Shown here in pieces: positions 24,621-37,950 of a DNA stretch of 64,000 nt. How positions within the stretch are numbered: the stretch's first letter is position 1; each line of letters begins with the position of its first letter. Source of the stretch: Hyphochytrium catenoides (lineage: Eukaryota; Protista; Hyphochytriomycota); NCBI GenBank assembly GCA_900088475.1, contig FLMG01002721.1:1-64000 (forward strand), given 5' to 3'. The notes beneath the pieces were generated by a model, which saw nothing but the letters and a program-made list of their open reading frames with translations, had not been told where the DNA came from and made no database searches. A program made the position numbers and the translations under genes.

Positions 24621-24930
24621 ATCAGAGTACCCGTAGGAGGCCTAGACCATCTCTAGTGTCCAGGGCCCGACGTTCAGGACTGCCTCATGGCTCCTGCCAC
24701 CGCGCGAGGAGCCGTCAGAAGCCCTGGCGCCAGCTAGATAAAGAGAGAAGCAAGAGGATATGCAATGCTTTAACCTTTTAGGAACTATCCCGTCCCAGAG
24801 CGGCAATGAGAGGAGCGGGGAAGCTGAGTGATGAGATGCAAACCATGGCAATGTCTCCCCCTCTTTCTCCCTCTCGACACTTGCTCAACTCGCTCCTCCT
24901 CTTTGGCTAATTTACTTACCTATTCTCTCT

Positions 24931-24963
<33 letters not shown>

Positions 24964-25091
24964 CCTTTTCTCTCTTCCTTCTCTCTCTTGCTATCTCCCT
25001 CTCTGTCTCTTCTCTCTGTCTCTCTCGTGTCTCTCTCTTCTCTCTCTCTGTCTCTTTTCCTCTCACTCTCTCTTTCGCTCTCCCTTTCTCT

Positions 25092-25124
<33 letters not shown>

Positions 25125-25260
25125 TTCTTATCACTCCCTCTTCTCTTCTGCCTCGGTCTTCATATCTCGCGGTCTCCTTTCTCTCTGTCTTGCCCATACT
25201 CTGTCTCTCGTTGTATCACCATCTCTCTCTTCTCGCTCTCTCTCTCTGTCACGCTCTTTC
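24524..25260. repeat. (GA)n tract followed by an extended (CT)n/pyrimidine tract
   Basis: (GA)n at about 24524-24616 and CT-rich array at about 24925-25260; source of the spurious LSLSLS ORFs. Confidence 0.9.
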
Positions 25261-25474
25261 GTTCTCTGTTTGTCTTCCTATTCTGCTCGCTCTCTACAAG
25301 TGGTTAAAAGAAATATAGTGGCGATGTCTCCTAGGCAGTCGAGTTTTATTTATTCCTAATATCATGGGCTATAAAACAGTTATCTAGTATTAATAAGGTA
25401 AATAGTTCATTCTTTCAGAATAGGTAGGTATTGTTATAAAAGCCGTTTTTCCTCAAAATCCCTGCATTCTCGCC

Positions 25475-28400
25475 CTATTGCGAACCGGCGCCAGCTCCTG
25501 AGGAAGAAGAGGAGGAAGACCCACCGCCGCCTAGTAGAACATCAGGAGAGAGTTTGTCTGCGCCTTCACTCGCCGGAAAGAGCTTTCTCATTGCGTTTTG
25601 AGCTGCTTTATTGGCGCTTCCTGTCCCTTGATGGCCCATTAGAGGCTGCTCCAGCTTTACTGGAACAATAGGGATGCCGCCAATTATCCGCTGCTGCTGA
25701 GCCTTCTCTGCTATAGCGTCAGATGTTAAATATATTGAGCGGTAGGGTGAGACTGCGGACGAAGCAGGCAAGCTAGGCATTGAGTTGGCATTGGTACTAA
25801 GATAGGGTGAAGGCGCCGGTGTGCGCATTGTTGACAGGCCGAGAGACGTGCTTGGAGTCTTTCCGATCGAGGGATAGGAGATGAAGATGGTCTCTTGGCC
25901 CTTCAGAGGCTCACCATCCAGGTCAACAAAGTCCAAACCTGTGATGGGTCCAGCGTACCTCGCCCAGGTAACTCCATCTGGCAACGCCATAGACGTGACG
26001 GCGGTAGAGACAGGCGTGAAGGAAGGAGAGGAGGAGGACGGAAGAGTCATTGATGAAGGAGCACTGGAAGTTGGATTGAAGATAGAGGAGGAAGGAGTCA
26101 GAGGCTCAGATGACTGGAATACGGCGCTCAGCCCTTGATAAGCCGTCAAGTCATCGTAAGGCGGGACTGCTAGTGCATGGCCCGAGGGTAATCCCAAGCT
26201 GTCAGGATCTGCAACTGCCTGCACCGGCAATCCTTGATGCATAGCACTCTGTGGCCCCATGCTCGCGTTACCCATCGCTTTTGATAGAAGAGGGGGCGGC
26301 GACTGAGCGGCCGCTCCAGGTAAAGGCCCACCCGGCAACTCCACTGGCGGAGGGACAAGTCCCATCGTGTACGCCGCCACCTGCTGGCGCATGAACTCTG
26401 TGAAGGGCAATGAGCTCAGAGCGTAGCTGAAGGTTGAGGAGAAGTCAGGCTGGTCCGAAGCCAGCATGGAGATGGCGTTAAGAGAATCCTGATCAATCGA
26501 TGGCGTGCCAGGCACAGCGTAGAAGGGCTCAGCGTCGTCCTCATTAAAATCAGCCGATGTTTTAGGGAAAAAATGTTTGCCGTTATCACCGGGCGACGAG
26601 GATGTAGCATCAGCAGCGTAATCAGCTATTCGATTGGCTTCTTCTTCTTGCTTGAGCCGGTCAGCCTCCGCTGAGGCGATGGCCAGGGGCATATTGTACG
26701 CACTCATAGATGCCTAAGGACCATCAACGCAACAGTTAAAACACCTTGGTTCCGCAAAACTTTGGTCCCTCTATCCTCGACGTTGTCCCAGTCTTATTAG
26801 CTCCTTAGGAGCTGCGGTCTTCTCCTCCTGCCCTCTCTATGTGCTATTACGCTTGTTACCTCGTCCTCTTTCTTTATGATAGCCTTCACTCACCTTTACT
26901 GCCTTCAAAAAATGCTTCTCCAGCGCCGCAAGCTCCTTTCGCTGGTGGGCGAACTCCTCAGGTGTCATGGCCTTCAGTTTCTCTTCATCCCTCTTGAAAA
27001 TGTGTTTCCCGATGGCAGAATTGCCTACAAATTTTTTAGAGATGCGCATTGGATCGCACCGTAGAGCGTGAGCTAGGAACATGCGTAACATTGTGCCTTC
27101 AGGAATTGGAAGGATCCCCGCGTCGAAGTCAGCAATGAGCCGGTTCGCATACTCCTCTTCTTCTTTCGTCCATCGGCCTGACCGCAGGGTGCGGAAGTGC
27201 TTCTTAGGCGAAATGAGTCCTGCCGGGCCAAGGAAAGATGCATAGTTGGTTAGAAGAAGAGGACTAAGGGCAGCTGAGAGAGCTCTTATACCTCCCATCG
27301 GATCCGAGGCTCGCCTGTTGTTATAGTCAGGACTGGGTACGCTCTGGGACCGTCCTCGACGACTTCCCACGTGCACTGGGCCCCTGTATGGATTACATGG
27401 AAGGAAAAGACAACCTTAGCTCAGGTTCAGATTCCTTCTCTTCATCTTCAGCACTATTTCCTTGCACATCCTTGTAAGACTCTCCCTTCGCCTTCATTCC
27501 GTACTTTTCCAGTTCATGTACCTGTTCTCAGGAGCAGGGTCCGGCATTGAAGCTTCAAACTGCAAGTCCAGAACCTTGAGATGTCCATTCACATCTCCTT
27601 CTTCCTCAGGGTCTACTTCCCACTGACTCTTCTCCGTTACAGAGTCATCCTGCTGTTCCAGTGCGGCAATTTGCCTTCCAATCTGCGTCTTAGCAAGCTT
27701 CTTGAAATATTTCTGGGCGTGAGTGCGGATTTGCATGAGTGTTCGAGTCGGAACCAAACTGGAGATCTTCTTCCAGTCTCTGCCATAGAGTTGCAGCCCT
27801 TTTAGGAATTGTGACTGCTCCTCAGGGGTCCAGCGGCCTGTGAGGTGCTATCCGTTACTTTCATAGTAAGAAAAGGCTAAGATTGGGCTGTTTGACTTAC
27901 CGACGACACCGCTTCCTTGAGCGGGCCGAGGAGTGTCCGGTGAGGAGACAGGTGCTGACAAAGACCTCCCCCGTGATCCAGTCGAAGCATTGTCATTAAG
28001 AGAACCTGCGAAGGCAATCCCTGGCGCATCCCCGCAGTCGAGTTCCCCTGGGAAACCGAGTCCATTATCGGCATCTGGATCTTGCTCTTTAGCTTCACTA
28101 TTGTCGTCTTCAAGCAGGAGCTCGCTTGCCACAGTGGCATGGGAGTCGTCCTCTTCTTGGTCTCCTCCTCTAATCTTTGTCAGGTCAACCTCAAAATCGC
28201 TGTCTCGGATAGGGTGCACTGAAATCGGCCCTAGCGCGCTGTCGGTCAGGATGGTACCGTCGGTGCTGTTGCCACGGTGGTCTCGAGCAGGGGAGAGAGA
28301 TTGATTGGGGAGGATAAAAGAGTTGGGGTCCTCAATCTGAAGCTCTAAACGAAGCTTTCTCCTGCCTGGTGCAGGGGAGGACTGCCGCTCTGGGCTCTCA

Positions 28401-28492
28401 GAAGTGTGTGAAGGAGAGGCATTATGACTAGCTGCTTGAGAAATCGCCGCTCTAGGGCTGTCAGAACGAGGACTCCTCGGAATTTCACTCAT
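25475..28492 (-). CDS. Myb transcription factor (SHAQKYF class) with a second stramenopile-type Myb-like 'CDPMRISKKF' domain and Ser/Pro-rich tail; 4 exons (28492-27901, 27837-~27522, ~27384-26894, 26713-25475)
   Basis: GRWTPEEQSQFLKGLQLYGRDWKKISSLVPTRTLMQIRTHAQKYFKKL (Myb SHAQKYF) and LRSGRWTKEEEEYANRLIADFDAGILPIPEGTMLRMFLAHALRCDPMRISKKFVGNSAIGKHIFKR. GT-AG introns join all exons in phase. Confidence 0.85.
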
Positions 28493-29009
28493 TGTGATCT
28501 AATACCACTTGGACGACTCAGAGAACCCAACAAAGCTCGGAGATGTCACAATGCCCCTGCTGTCCTACGTACCAGACAGGGCCAAACTATGCGCTCTGAC
28601 CCACAGCCATAATAAGCTCAAGAAAAGACAATGTCTACGGGTTGCTAACGCATTCTCTATTTGTATGATTCGCAGTATATGGAAAACGCGAGACCGAGGC
28701 AGGGCAAGCGGCGGTCCAGAAAGGAAGGGGAGGTGTTCATCTCTGGGCTGCAGGCCTGCTGCGAAGCACTTCCTTCTACGGTCGCGAAGACTCTACCTTT
28801 TTTCTAACAGACCTCTAACCTCCTGTCTCTCCCCACCCATTCACTCGTCGCCGCTTCTCCCTTTTGCCCTACATTTGCCCTTCCTTACCCAAGCTTCCTT
28901 CCGTGCTGATGCACATACAGAGCAAAAGCTTCTTCATCGTCCTCTTTCCCTTCTTCCGCTCTCTTGTTGCTCTTCCTCTGGCTCTGGCAGCAGTTCCGTG
29001 GAAGCTGCA

Positions 29010-29073
29010 GGGTAGGGCTGGGGCTGGGGCTGGGGCTGGAGGAGGAGGAGGAGGAGGAGGAGATGATGATGAG
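29010..29073 (+). repeat. G-run hexamer repeat (GGGGCT)n plus (GGA)n(GAT)n; G-quadruplex-forming potential
   Basis: gggtagggctggggctggggctgggg (five G3-G4 runs with 2-nt loops) followed by (gga)n and (gat)n. Confidence 0.75.
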
Positions 29074-29230
29074 AAGCAGGAGAGCTGATGGGTGGAAGGT
29101 GGGCAGTTACTTTGCGAGACGGGACACAGGTGAGACACATCACCCTTAAGATTCGTGACATGAATGAGTCTTATTCTCTAGGATGCGATAGAGCCCTTAC
29201 CTTATTCCTAATACAAATAGTTGCAAATTA

Positions 29231-29311
29231 ACCCGAGTCTGATAAAGCCCGAGTCAAGCCCTAAAGTAGCACTGTAAGATTACCTCTTGACTCGGGAGAC
29301 TATACTCGGGT
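29231..29311. promoter_or_regulatory. Nested inverted repeat made of four CCCGAGT motifs in the Myb/DDX27 divergent promoter
   Basis: acccgagt (29231-29238) pairs with actcgggt (29304-29311); cccgagtcaag (29248-29258) pairs with cttgactcggg (29286-29296). A regulatory role is inferred from position only. Confidence 0.45.
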
Positions 29312-29544
29312 ATAGTACTGTCATGCCGTTAGCGCCCTTCTATTGGATGGCGGTGCCCGATCAGAAGCCCTGCTAGAAAGCGAAAGAGCACATGTCGAAG
29401 CTCTTCATCATCATCAGACGGAGATTATTGCGTTGAGGACGGAGCGCGGGAGGTTAACAGTCTTATTAGATAAGAGGAGGAGGGCGCGTAGACCGCTTTC
29501 AGGGTCGCGAACAGGTTCTGTGTGCACACAAACATCAAGGAAAG

Positions 29545-32500
29545 ATGAAGGGTCCTGTGGATGATCTGGTGATGACTCTGGCGTCCGATGATGAGGTAGG
29601 GAACGTCGTCTCCAAGACCTGCTCAGCGAGAAAATAATAGTCTCCGTCTGCAAGGTGTCTGTGGATGATGAGAGCGAAGATGAGATGCAATCTTTAGAGC
29701 CTGCTAAAGGCAGCAGAGGCATCAAAAAAGGTAGGCATTCTAGCACGCATAGCTTAGGTACAACCCCTGACATGTCGGTTAGGTGACAAGGACCAAGGCT
29801 TTCAGTTTCAGTTTGACGATGCACTGGGCTATGGTACCGAGGTAAATGTAGCTCCTCTGGTTGACATTCTTGACGTTCTGGCAATGACAGATGTCCTGAT
29901 GAATGACTCTTCCTCTCTCTCTAGGCCTACATATCGGGAGGACATTCTTGGAACTTTAAAGGTAAGAACCCTCTTTCTCCCTCGTTATCGTTAAACATGT
30001 TCCATGTTTACTAGGGCGCCACATCTAACCTCTCTGTGGCCCGCTGATGGGTTTATAGACGCTATTGCAAAAATAGAAGAGTCAGAGCGGCAGCGAGGGG
30101 TTGTCACAACCTCTTCATTAGAGGATAAGATCAGAAGGAGACTGGACGAGAAAAAATCATTAGAAGGAAAGAAGAAAGCAAAGAAGAAGAAGGCAAAGAA
30201 GGAAGTAGAGGCTGAAGGCGTAGAAGATGCTAACAATAAGGAAGAAGAGAAAGCAGGGGAGGAGGTCAAACCGAACAAAAGAAAGAATGCTGAACAGAAG
30301 GAGGAGGGTACCACAGAGAAGCCGGCAGAGAACGCCAGCGAGCAGGAAGAGGAAACATCTGGTGAAGAAGAGAGCAGTAGCGATGAGGAAGAAGGAGGTC
30401 AGGATGATGAGGTGGCCGAGGAAGAGGCAGGAGGCAGCAAAGAGACAGACCGGATAACAGTCCGACAGCCCAAGGAATACGCAGAATTCTTTGAAGAGTT
30501 TGAAGCAGATCAGCATCTTCCAGTCTCATGGACCCAGCTTAGCCTTTCTCGCCCTCTCCTGAGAGCCATTGAAGCTCTTGGATACAAGGCGCCCACTCCT
30601 GTACAGGTACGATGACGGAGGATAAAGAGAGAGAGACAGCCCTGAAGGAGCAACTCAAATGATCCCACTGCGTTTGGACACATTGTGGTGAATCCCAGTC
30701 AGACTACCTGTCACCTTTATGTGAGAATGGAAGGGATGTACGTCTCCAAAGAAGACTCAGTCTCATCATCGTCTTGTCTCGTTCGGTTGTCTCCCCTCTA
30801 GCAACGCGTCATTCCTTTGGCACTAGAGGGCAGAGATATCTGCGCCAGTGCTCAAACCGGCTCCGGTAAAACCGCCGCATTCGTTCTCCCGACATTGGAG
30901 CGTCTTCTTTTCAGAGAACAGAGAGTCTCAGCCACCCGTGTCCTTGTGATCACCCCGACCAGAGAGCTGGCAACCCAGGTAAATACGTGTGCAGTCCTAT
31001 CTTCACATGAAGGTTATAACCTCCACGTCTTCATTAATCTCTGAGTACATGAAGTCTCGTTCTCTGTCACGTTGAATCTCGTGCTTATGGCTGTCCTTCC
31101 TCTATTTCTCCTATAGTGTCAATCGGTCTTCCAACAGCTGGGGCGATTCTCCTCAGTGACTGTGGGGCTTGTGGTTGGTGGATTGAACCTCAAGGCACAG
31201 GAGGTGGAGCTGAGACGGAGGCCCGAGGTTGTGGTCTGCACTCCCGGAAGAATGATAGACCATCTCAGAAACTCCATGGTGAGAAGCCGGGAAGTGAAAT
31301 TGAATGTGTGAAGGTCGTTACACGGAGATAGACAGGTGCAGGGCTGGCCCTCTCCATGGGAATTCCGGGTTACGAGGGAGTTTGGAGGGGGGAGGTACTG
31401 GGTTGAATGTACCTGTTAGACTCTACTAGGGGGAGGGATCGGTTGGAGGATAACTAGCGAGAGAGACGGGGCCCTTTACGCTGAGGATAGGTGGTGGCCT
31501 CTCAACAGTGACTAAATATCGTTCTTCAGTCTGTCCATTTTGATAACCTGGAGATTCTAGTCTTGGACGAGGCTGACCGTCTGTTGGAGCTGGGCTTCAC
31601 AGAAGAGGTAAGGAAGTGAAGCCGACGGTCCCATGTAGGCGAACAATCAATTAGTCTCGTGCTCTCTATAAGTGCTTTCCCTATCGATTGGAAGACATGA
31701 TGGTTGAGGGAGTGAGGCCATATATTGTTGCCGGATGACAGGGCGAGCAAGAGGAAGAGTTAGAATATGACTTCTTGCTCTTTCTAGGTAGAGGAGCTGG
31801 TAAAGCTTTGTCCGGTCTCTCGTCAGACACTGCTTTTCTCAGCCACTATGACGACCAAGGTACGCTAGATCTCCTACCTTCTCTGACATACCTCTGGTCA
31901 CGCCACTCGTACAGCCAAAGGGTGCATCTGGTCCCTTACACTCGGAAGTGCCTGCTACCACTGTTCCTTCTCTCATGCATGGTTCTGAGTAACATATTGT
32001 TCTTTGAAACTTATGGTCCTCCATATCTCTGTTTCCAACCCGTAGGTGGACCAGCTAATCAAGCTGTCAATGAATCGCCCCGTCCGTATTAGCGCTGATC
32101 CTCTCTTCGATATGAGCCGCCTATTAGTTCAAGAGTTTGTCAGAATTAGAGAGAAGAGAGAAGAGGACAGAGAGGCCATTCTCTTAGCTCTGTGCACTAG
32201 GACCTTCAAGAGCAATGTAAGGCAGAGTGAAAGAGGAAGGCATTCGAGCGGTGGCAAGAGCTAGTCTGGATAATGGATGGGGGAGGAAGATGGATGGGAT
32301 AGTCAAACTTACCCCGTATTGCTATCGCCAGACGATCGTTTTCTTCCAGTCAAAGAAGTTGGCGCACAGGATGATGATTGTCTTTGGCCTTGCGGGCATT
32401 AAGGCAGCAGAGCTTCACGGGGATCTCACTCAGAAGCAAAGACTAGAGGTGCGAACCTCTTACAACTTGAACCCTCCTTTTTCCCGCTTACGTCCATTAG

Positions 32501-34997
32501 ATATTGTAGACCTTCTTTTTTCGTGTGGTTCTTGCGAAGTTCTCTTTCCTGATTAGTGTCTGAGTGCCCTGCCCTGACTGTCAAGCTCTTCCATCCTTGC
32601 AGTCGTTGGAACGCTTCAAGGACGGTGAGGTGGATATCCTCCTTTGTACAGACCTTGCGGCACGTGGTATTGATATCTCCGGCGTGGAGACTGTTATAAA
32701 CTATGAGATGCCGAAAGACATCACCACCTACGTACACAGAGTAGGAAGAACAGCACGAGCAGGCAGAAACGTAAGGACACGATGATTGCTATTCTTTAAT
32801 CTGCCGCGAGGATTTTGTTTTCTGGACGGTGTGATACCTCTTTCTCGTCATCCTGATAACCTGATGACAACAAACTGATTGCACATGCGAACAGGGTGTC
32901 GCTGTCACTCTGACGGGCGAGAGTAGACGTTTGCTGATGAAGGAAGTCATTCGGCATTGCCAAGGGTAAGCCTGGAGGAGAACATATAGGCTAGAGCTAC
33001 AACCGTGACGAGCGAGAAAGGAAATGCTGGAGGAGCGAGAAGGCTAAGGCGAAAGAGAGGGCGGAGGGTAGCCATCCATGCCTCTTGGGCACCTTTTGTT
33101 GACCGTGTGCGGTGCATTTCCTGCCATTTGGGTGGGCAACTCATCATACTGCTCTTTCTCTCATTGCAGTGCGGTGAAGAGCCGAGCTGTCCCTCCGTCC
33201 GTAATCGAGCAATGGCATGCTAAAATTGAGGCAATGGCAGATGACATTGACGCACTCTATAAGGTGAGGACTACTGGTTAGAAAGACACCTGTAAAATGT
33301 ACCTTGAGCCTAGCAGAAGAAAAGATGTCGGAAAGAACCGAACAAAGGGAGAGAAGCAAGATGGTGGAATAGAGCCACAGGCACCCTTAAGCGTTTGAAT
33401 TTCACCAGGAAGAGGCTTTGGACCGGCAGCTACAGAGGGCAGAGATGGAGGCAAAGAAGGCAGCGAACCTGATCGAGCATCATGATGAGATCAGCAACAG
33501 GCCCGCGCGGACCTGGTTCATGACCCAAAAGGAGAAGGAGGAGCTCAGGAAGAAGACTGCAGAAGAGCCCAAGGAAGAAGAAGTGGAAGAGGAGGAAGAT
33601 ACGACTGTTACGAAGAAAAAAAAGAAAGCCAAGAAGGAGGAGAAGGAGACGCCGAAGAAGCCTCACCGTCTCACAAGACAGAAGAAGAGGAGAATGAAGA
33701 TGGTTGAAGAAGAGCAAAAGTTTGCAGAGGCTGAAGCTGAAGAGAAAGGAACAAGTAAGTAGTCGCCTGAGGAACAATCCAGAGGCAAGGGAAAGAAGGC
33801 TATGGGAGTATCTGAAGAGGGATGCACAGAGGGCGTTGAAGAAAAATCGAAACTGAGAAATTGAGCATGTAAAAGAGCCGCAGCATGCTTGAGAGAGAAA
33901 GACAGAGAGAGGGAGAGGGAGAGAGAGAGCAAGAAGAAGGGGATCAAACATGGGGAATACTAGAGTTGACGAAAGAAAAGCTCACCTTCTTCTTTTCTTC
34001 CTCTTTTGATGGGCGCAGAGGTCGTTAGCAACGAGGTGAAGATGAAGGCTGTGGCGAAGACCTTCAAGAAAGAAGAAGCGAAAAGGAAGCGAGAGGAAGG
34101 TAAGCAACATTGCGGGTTGCTACTTCCTGCTTTTAGCTTCCTCTTTCTCCTTGGTGTTCCCTATCCTTCATTCTTCCACTTTATAAATCATTTCACTCTT
34201 CTTGTTAGCATCAGTCAGATCGCCTAGCTAGTGTTACATGCTAAGGCGCTGTCTCTAATCTGTCCGCGAGGAGGCAAGGCATTGTGCTGGCTGTATTCCT
34301 AAGCCCTATGTAGATCTACGTTTTGGCATACATTCTTACCCCGTGTTACTCGTTCCTTGTGTTGACGCTTTCCTGGCTCTTTCGCCTTTCTCCCTCTTTT
34401 TCTCTCTTTATCCATGGTTCATATCTTAATTCCCTCTCTCTGGCAGCGGATATGTCCATCAGCGAGAGGACGAAGAAGTTCAAGAAAGGGGGTAGGGCGC
34501 CTTCATCGGGAGCCTTCGATATCGACTTGAACAGTCGGCACGGTGCAGTCATTGGAGAAAGAAAGAGCGACAGAAGACAAATGAGAAAGGAGAAGGGAAG
34601 AGACGGCAAGGGCAAGAAGCAAAGCTTTGAGTTTGAGGAGAGGATCACGAACCTGAGGAAAGGCGGAAAGGTGGCGCGAAACTCTTTCAAGTCAAAGGCC
34701 AGGTATCTTAACAGCATTCAAGTTTACTGTCTCTCTCTCTCTTCCTCTCTGTGTCTCTCTCCCTCACACTCACTAGCCCACTCTCTCTCTTTCTCTCCTC
34801 CAGCCCCCTCTCCTGTTTGATTCTTCAGCTCTACCGCAATACCCTTGCGGCCAGCTAGCGCGTCTTGTTGTCCTCTGCCGGCTATTTGCCCAGCCTTGGT
34901 GCTCTTCAATAGCCCAACTTGTGGCTCTTCCCTGCCTCTTATGACCTCGCGAGCTAGTCTCACCACCCATTGATCCAGGTACAAGAGGCGGAAGTAA
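29545..34997 (+). CDS. DDX27: DEAD-box RNA helicase DDX27/DRS1 (60S biogenesis), multi-exon
   Basis: N-terminal [13 protein letters not shown]-motif [92 protein letters not shown], and the DRS1-type end FKSKAR|YKRRK*. Confidence 0.95.
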
Positions 34998-35366
34998 AGC
35001 TTCTAGACCGAGAAAGTGAACAAAAGAAAAGAGTGAGAGCTTCGGAAGATACTTCCAACCCAAGGGCAAGCCCTAGAGAGAGAAAGATTCATTGGCGAGT
35101 GAAGGACTGGTGACAAGTCTGCTATATTTATTAGGGAAACGCGACACAACTGGTGTCGATCTAGGACCCACCTAGGCCCTGGTAATAAATAAATGGAGAT
35201 AACTCCTTTGAGAAATCGTGGAAGGAGAGAGACAGCCTTGACTACCCGTACTTCTCTCTTCTGTCTCGCTCTATCCGTCTCTCCTTCTTTACCTTATACT
35301 CTCTCTCTCCTTCGCTGTTCCCGTACAGTCTCTCACTGGCAACGGGAACTCTGCTCCTCCCTTTTC

Positions 35367-37564
35367 CTATGTCAAGCGCTCGGGATCTTCACCTAGATCG
35401 TAATGGCTAGGCGGCCGAGGGGCGGACCGGGAAGGCAGGCGGCATATCCGCTCAGTCTCGGAAGGCACTGGAGGCGGACGTGACGGCCAAGCAGCTTTCT
35501 TCTCAGAGGTTTGAGGACGAGACTGGTGATGAACGGAAGACCGTTGGGGTGAACGCTTTGCAGGCGCCGTGGAGGCACGTCGGTTGTCTCTTGGTTCTGT
35601 CTCTTCCTCAATTCTGCCATCTCTCGCCTCGTCAGCCAGGTTGGGACTGGTTGACCCGTGGCTAGGGCTACCCTTACTTCTCTCTTCCCTCCGTCTTCGC
35701 TCTCTTCTCTCTTTAAACCTGCGGATGAGCTGTCGGGAGAGCCTGGACGCGGCGAGGACAGAAGACAGATTTGGTCTGCCTGCGATGGTGGTGACAGCCG
35801 TAAAGATCTCCTCCTTGGTGACCTCGATGCTCTTGCTCTGGAGCATCTGCCGCAGAGGATGCCGCCCATCGTCCGTCACCCAAGGGTGCTCCTGTGCAAG
35901 AAGTGTGAGATACGCATTGGGGAGAGAGGGTAACGAAGAATAAGGTGGCGCAGATTGAAGGTAGGAGGATTAGACAGAAGAGTGACGGAGGAAGGAATCA
36001 GGAGAAGGGAAAGGCAGAGACCACAACGGGTAAAAAGACATATACAAAGGGCGAGCAAAGGAGGGAGACACAGAGACACATAGGCAAAGAGACAGAGCGT
36101 GAGAGAAAAGAGAGAGAGAACAGAGAGAGAAAAGAGAGAGAAAGAGTTCTGGTACCTTTATCTGCGAGATTGTGGCTCTGCGGGCGGGATCCTTCTCCAG
36201 CATCTTCCGCAGCAAGTCCTGCAGGGCAGCGCTTCGCCGTCCTTTAGCAGGAAACTGCAGGGGTTGATTCTATAGGATAAACGCATCCAGGAAGAAGACA
36301 CTGGTGAGTCCTCAGGCCACAAAGTTTGAACAGGGGAGCCATGACCGGAGAGGTGGAATTAAAAGAGAGAAGAGAGAAGGGCAGGACAACGGACAGCAGG
36401 CGAGAAAGATGATAGATAGATCGAAAAGAGATAACAAAGCGGGTCCTTTCTCTCTGGTCTCTTCCTTACCCTGATTGCTTCATAGAGCTCTGCGATGGAC
36501 TTGGCCATGAAGGGGACATACCCATAGTTGAATATGAAAAGAGTGATGCCGCTCGCCCAGATGTCGATAGACTTGTGTGGGGTCATACAGATGGAGAGAA
36601 GGAGAGCATTGACGTAGAGGAGAGGCAGAAGGAAAAGACGAACAGAGAGGAGGAAGAGTTAAGAAAGAGTAAAGGAGGAAGAGTTAAGAAAGAGTAAAAG
36701 AGAGAGCGAGGCCCAAAGAGGATAGAGAGAGAGATGGATAGAGAGAGAGAGAGTGATGAATATAGAGAGAGAGATGAAATAGAGAGAGAGACAGAGAGAG
36801 AGAAAAAAGAGAAATGGGGAGTGGGGGAAGAGCGAGCCGAGGAGAAAGGACAAAGACGGAAACCAGCTGCTAATCCAACTCTTATGCGCTGACGGTGGCT
36901 GTGAAGCAACTCTCTCTTGCTCTTCCTCTCTCGGACACCGGATGTCGCTCTCAACAATGCACTTCACTCCTGTCTTCATCTTTAGCTGACAATCCGCTTT
37001 CCTTGCCCTTCCTCTCACTGCCAATCATGCTCCTCTGTCATTGAGCGACCCGCGTCTTACCTGCCCATTGAACTCATGGCCTGTGGTCATCTCTGGAGCC
37101 ATGAAGGCCGCAGTGCCTGCCGTAGCTCGAATTTTATCCTGCGCGTCCTCTAACACCTAGATAGACGGAAACGATCATGAAGGAACAATGGAAAGGCAAC
37201 GCCAAGGTAAATATATTATCAGACAGAGGCAGAGATGCTTGGTAGAGCTCGCAGCGTCGAGTTGCCATGCTCTCGATGCAGGGTCAAGAAGCAGGCATAG
37301 GCGCTCTTGCTAAGGAGTGAATGGCAAGGAAGAGAGGAAAAAGAAAAGGAGAGCGAGGTTGAGAGTGAAGGGTGCAAGAAAGAAGAGAAAGAGACAGGAA
37401 GATAAGGTAAGGAGCTTTACCTGCGACACGCCGAAGTCTACAATCTTGAGCGTCTTCTTGTCCTTGGACAAGAGGAGGTTGGAGGGCTTAATGTCTCTGT
37501 GTATAACCTGGAGAGTTGGAACTATTAGCACCTTTGTCCACGCTTACTATTATTCTCTCTCTCT

Positions 37565-37629
<65 letters not shown>

Positions 37630-37906
37630 TCCCTCTCTCTCTCTCCCTCTCCCTGTCTCTCTCCCTCTGTCATTTCGCGTTTCTGTCTGGTGGTGGCCAG
37701 TGCAGCTCCTATCTGCCGTCTGTCCTGGGCCTTCGCTTACATTGTTATGGTGCAGGTACTCTAGGCCGAGGATCTAGCAGTGAGACAGAGCAGTCGAGAC
37801 GTCGTTAGATTTACTTTTGAAGCAAGCGGAAGATGAAAAGTGAGGAGAGGATGGCTGTCAGCGAACTTTTCAAGTGAGGTTTTGGCATCAAACGGCCACT
37901 TGAGAG

Positions 37907-37950
<44 letters not shown>

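Noticed and set aside
24828-25359. LSLSLS- and RERERE-type ORFs (also 37317-37808, 41114-41399, 44691-44982, 52396-52854)
   Set aside because: Translations of CT/GA microsatellites, which lack stop codons; no coding signal.
33430-33951. Hydrophobic antisense ORFs opposite DDX27 (also 29991-30529)
   Set aside because: Reverse complements of Lys/Glu-rich coding sequence.
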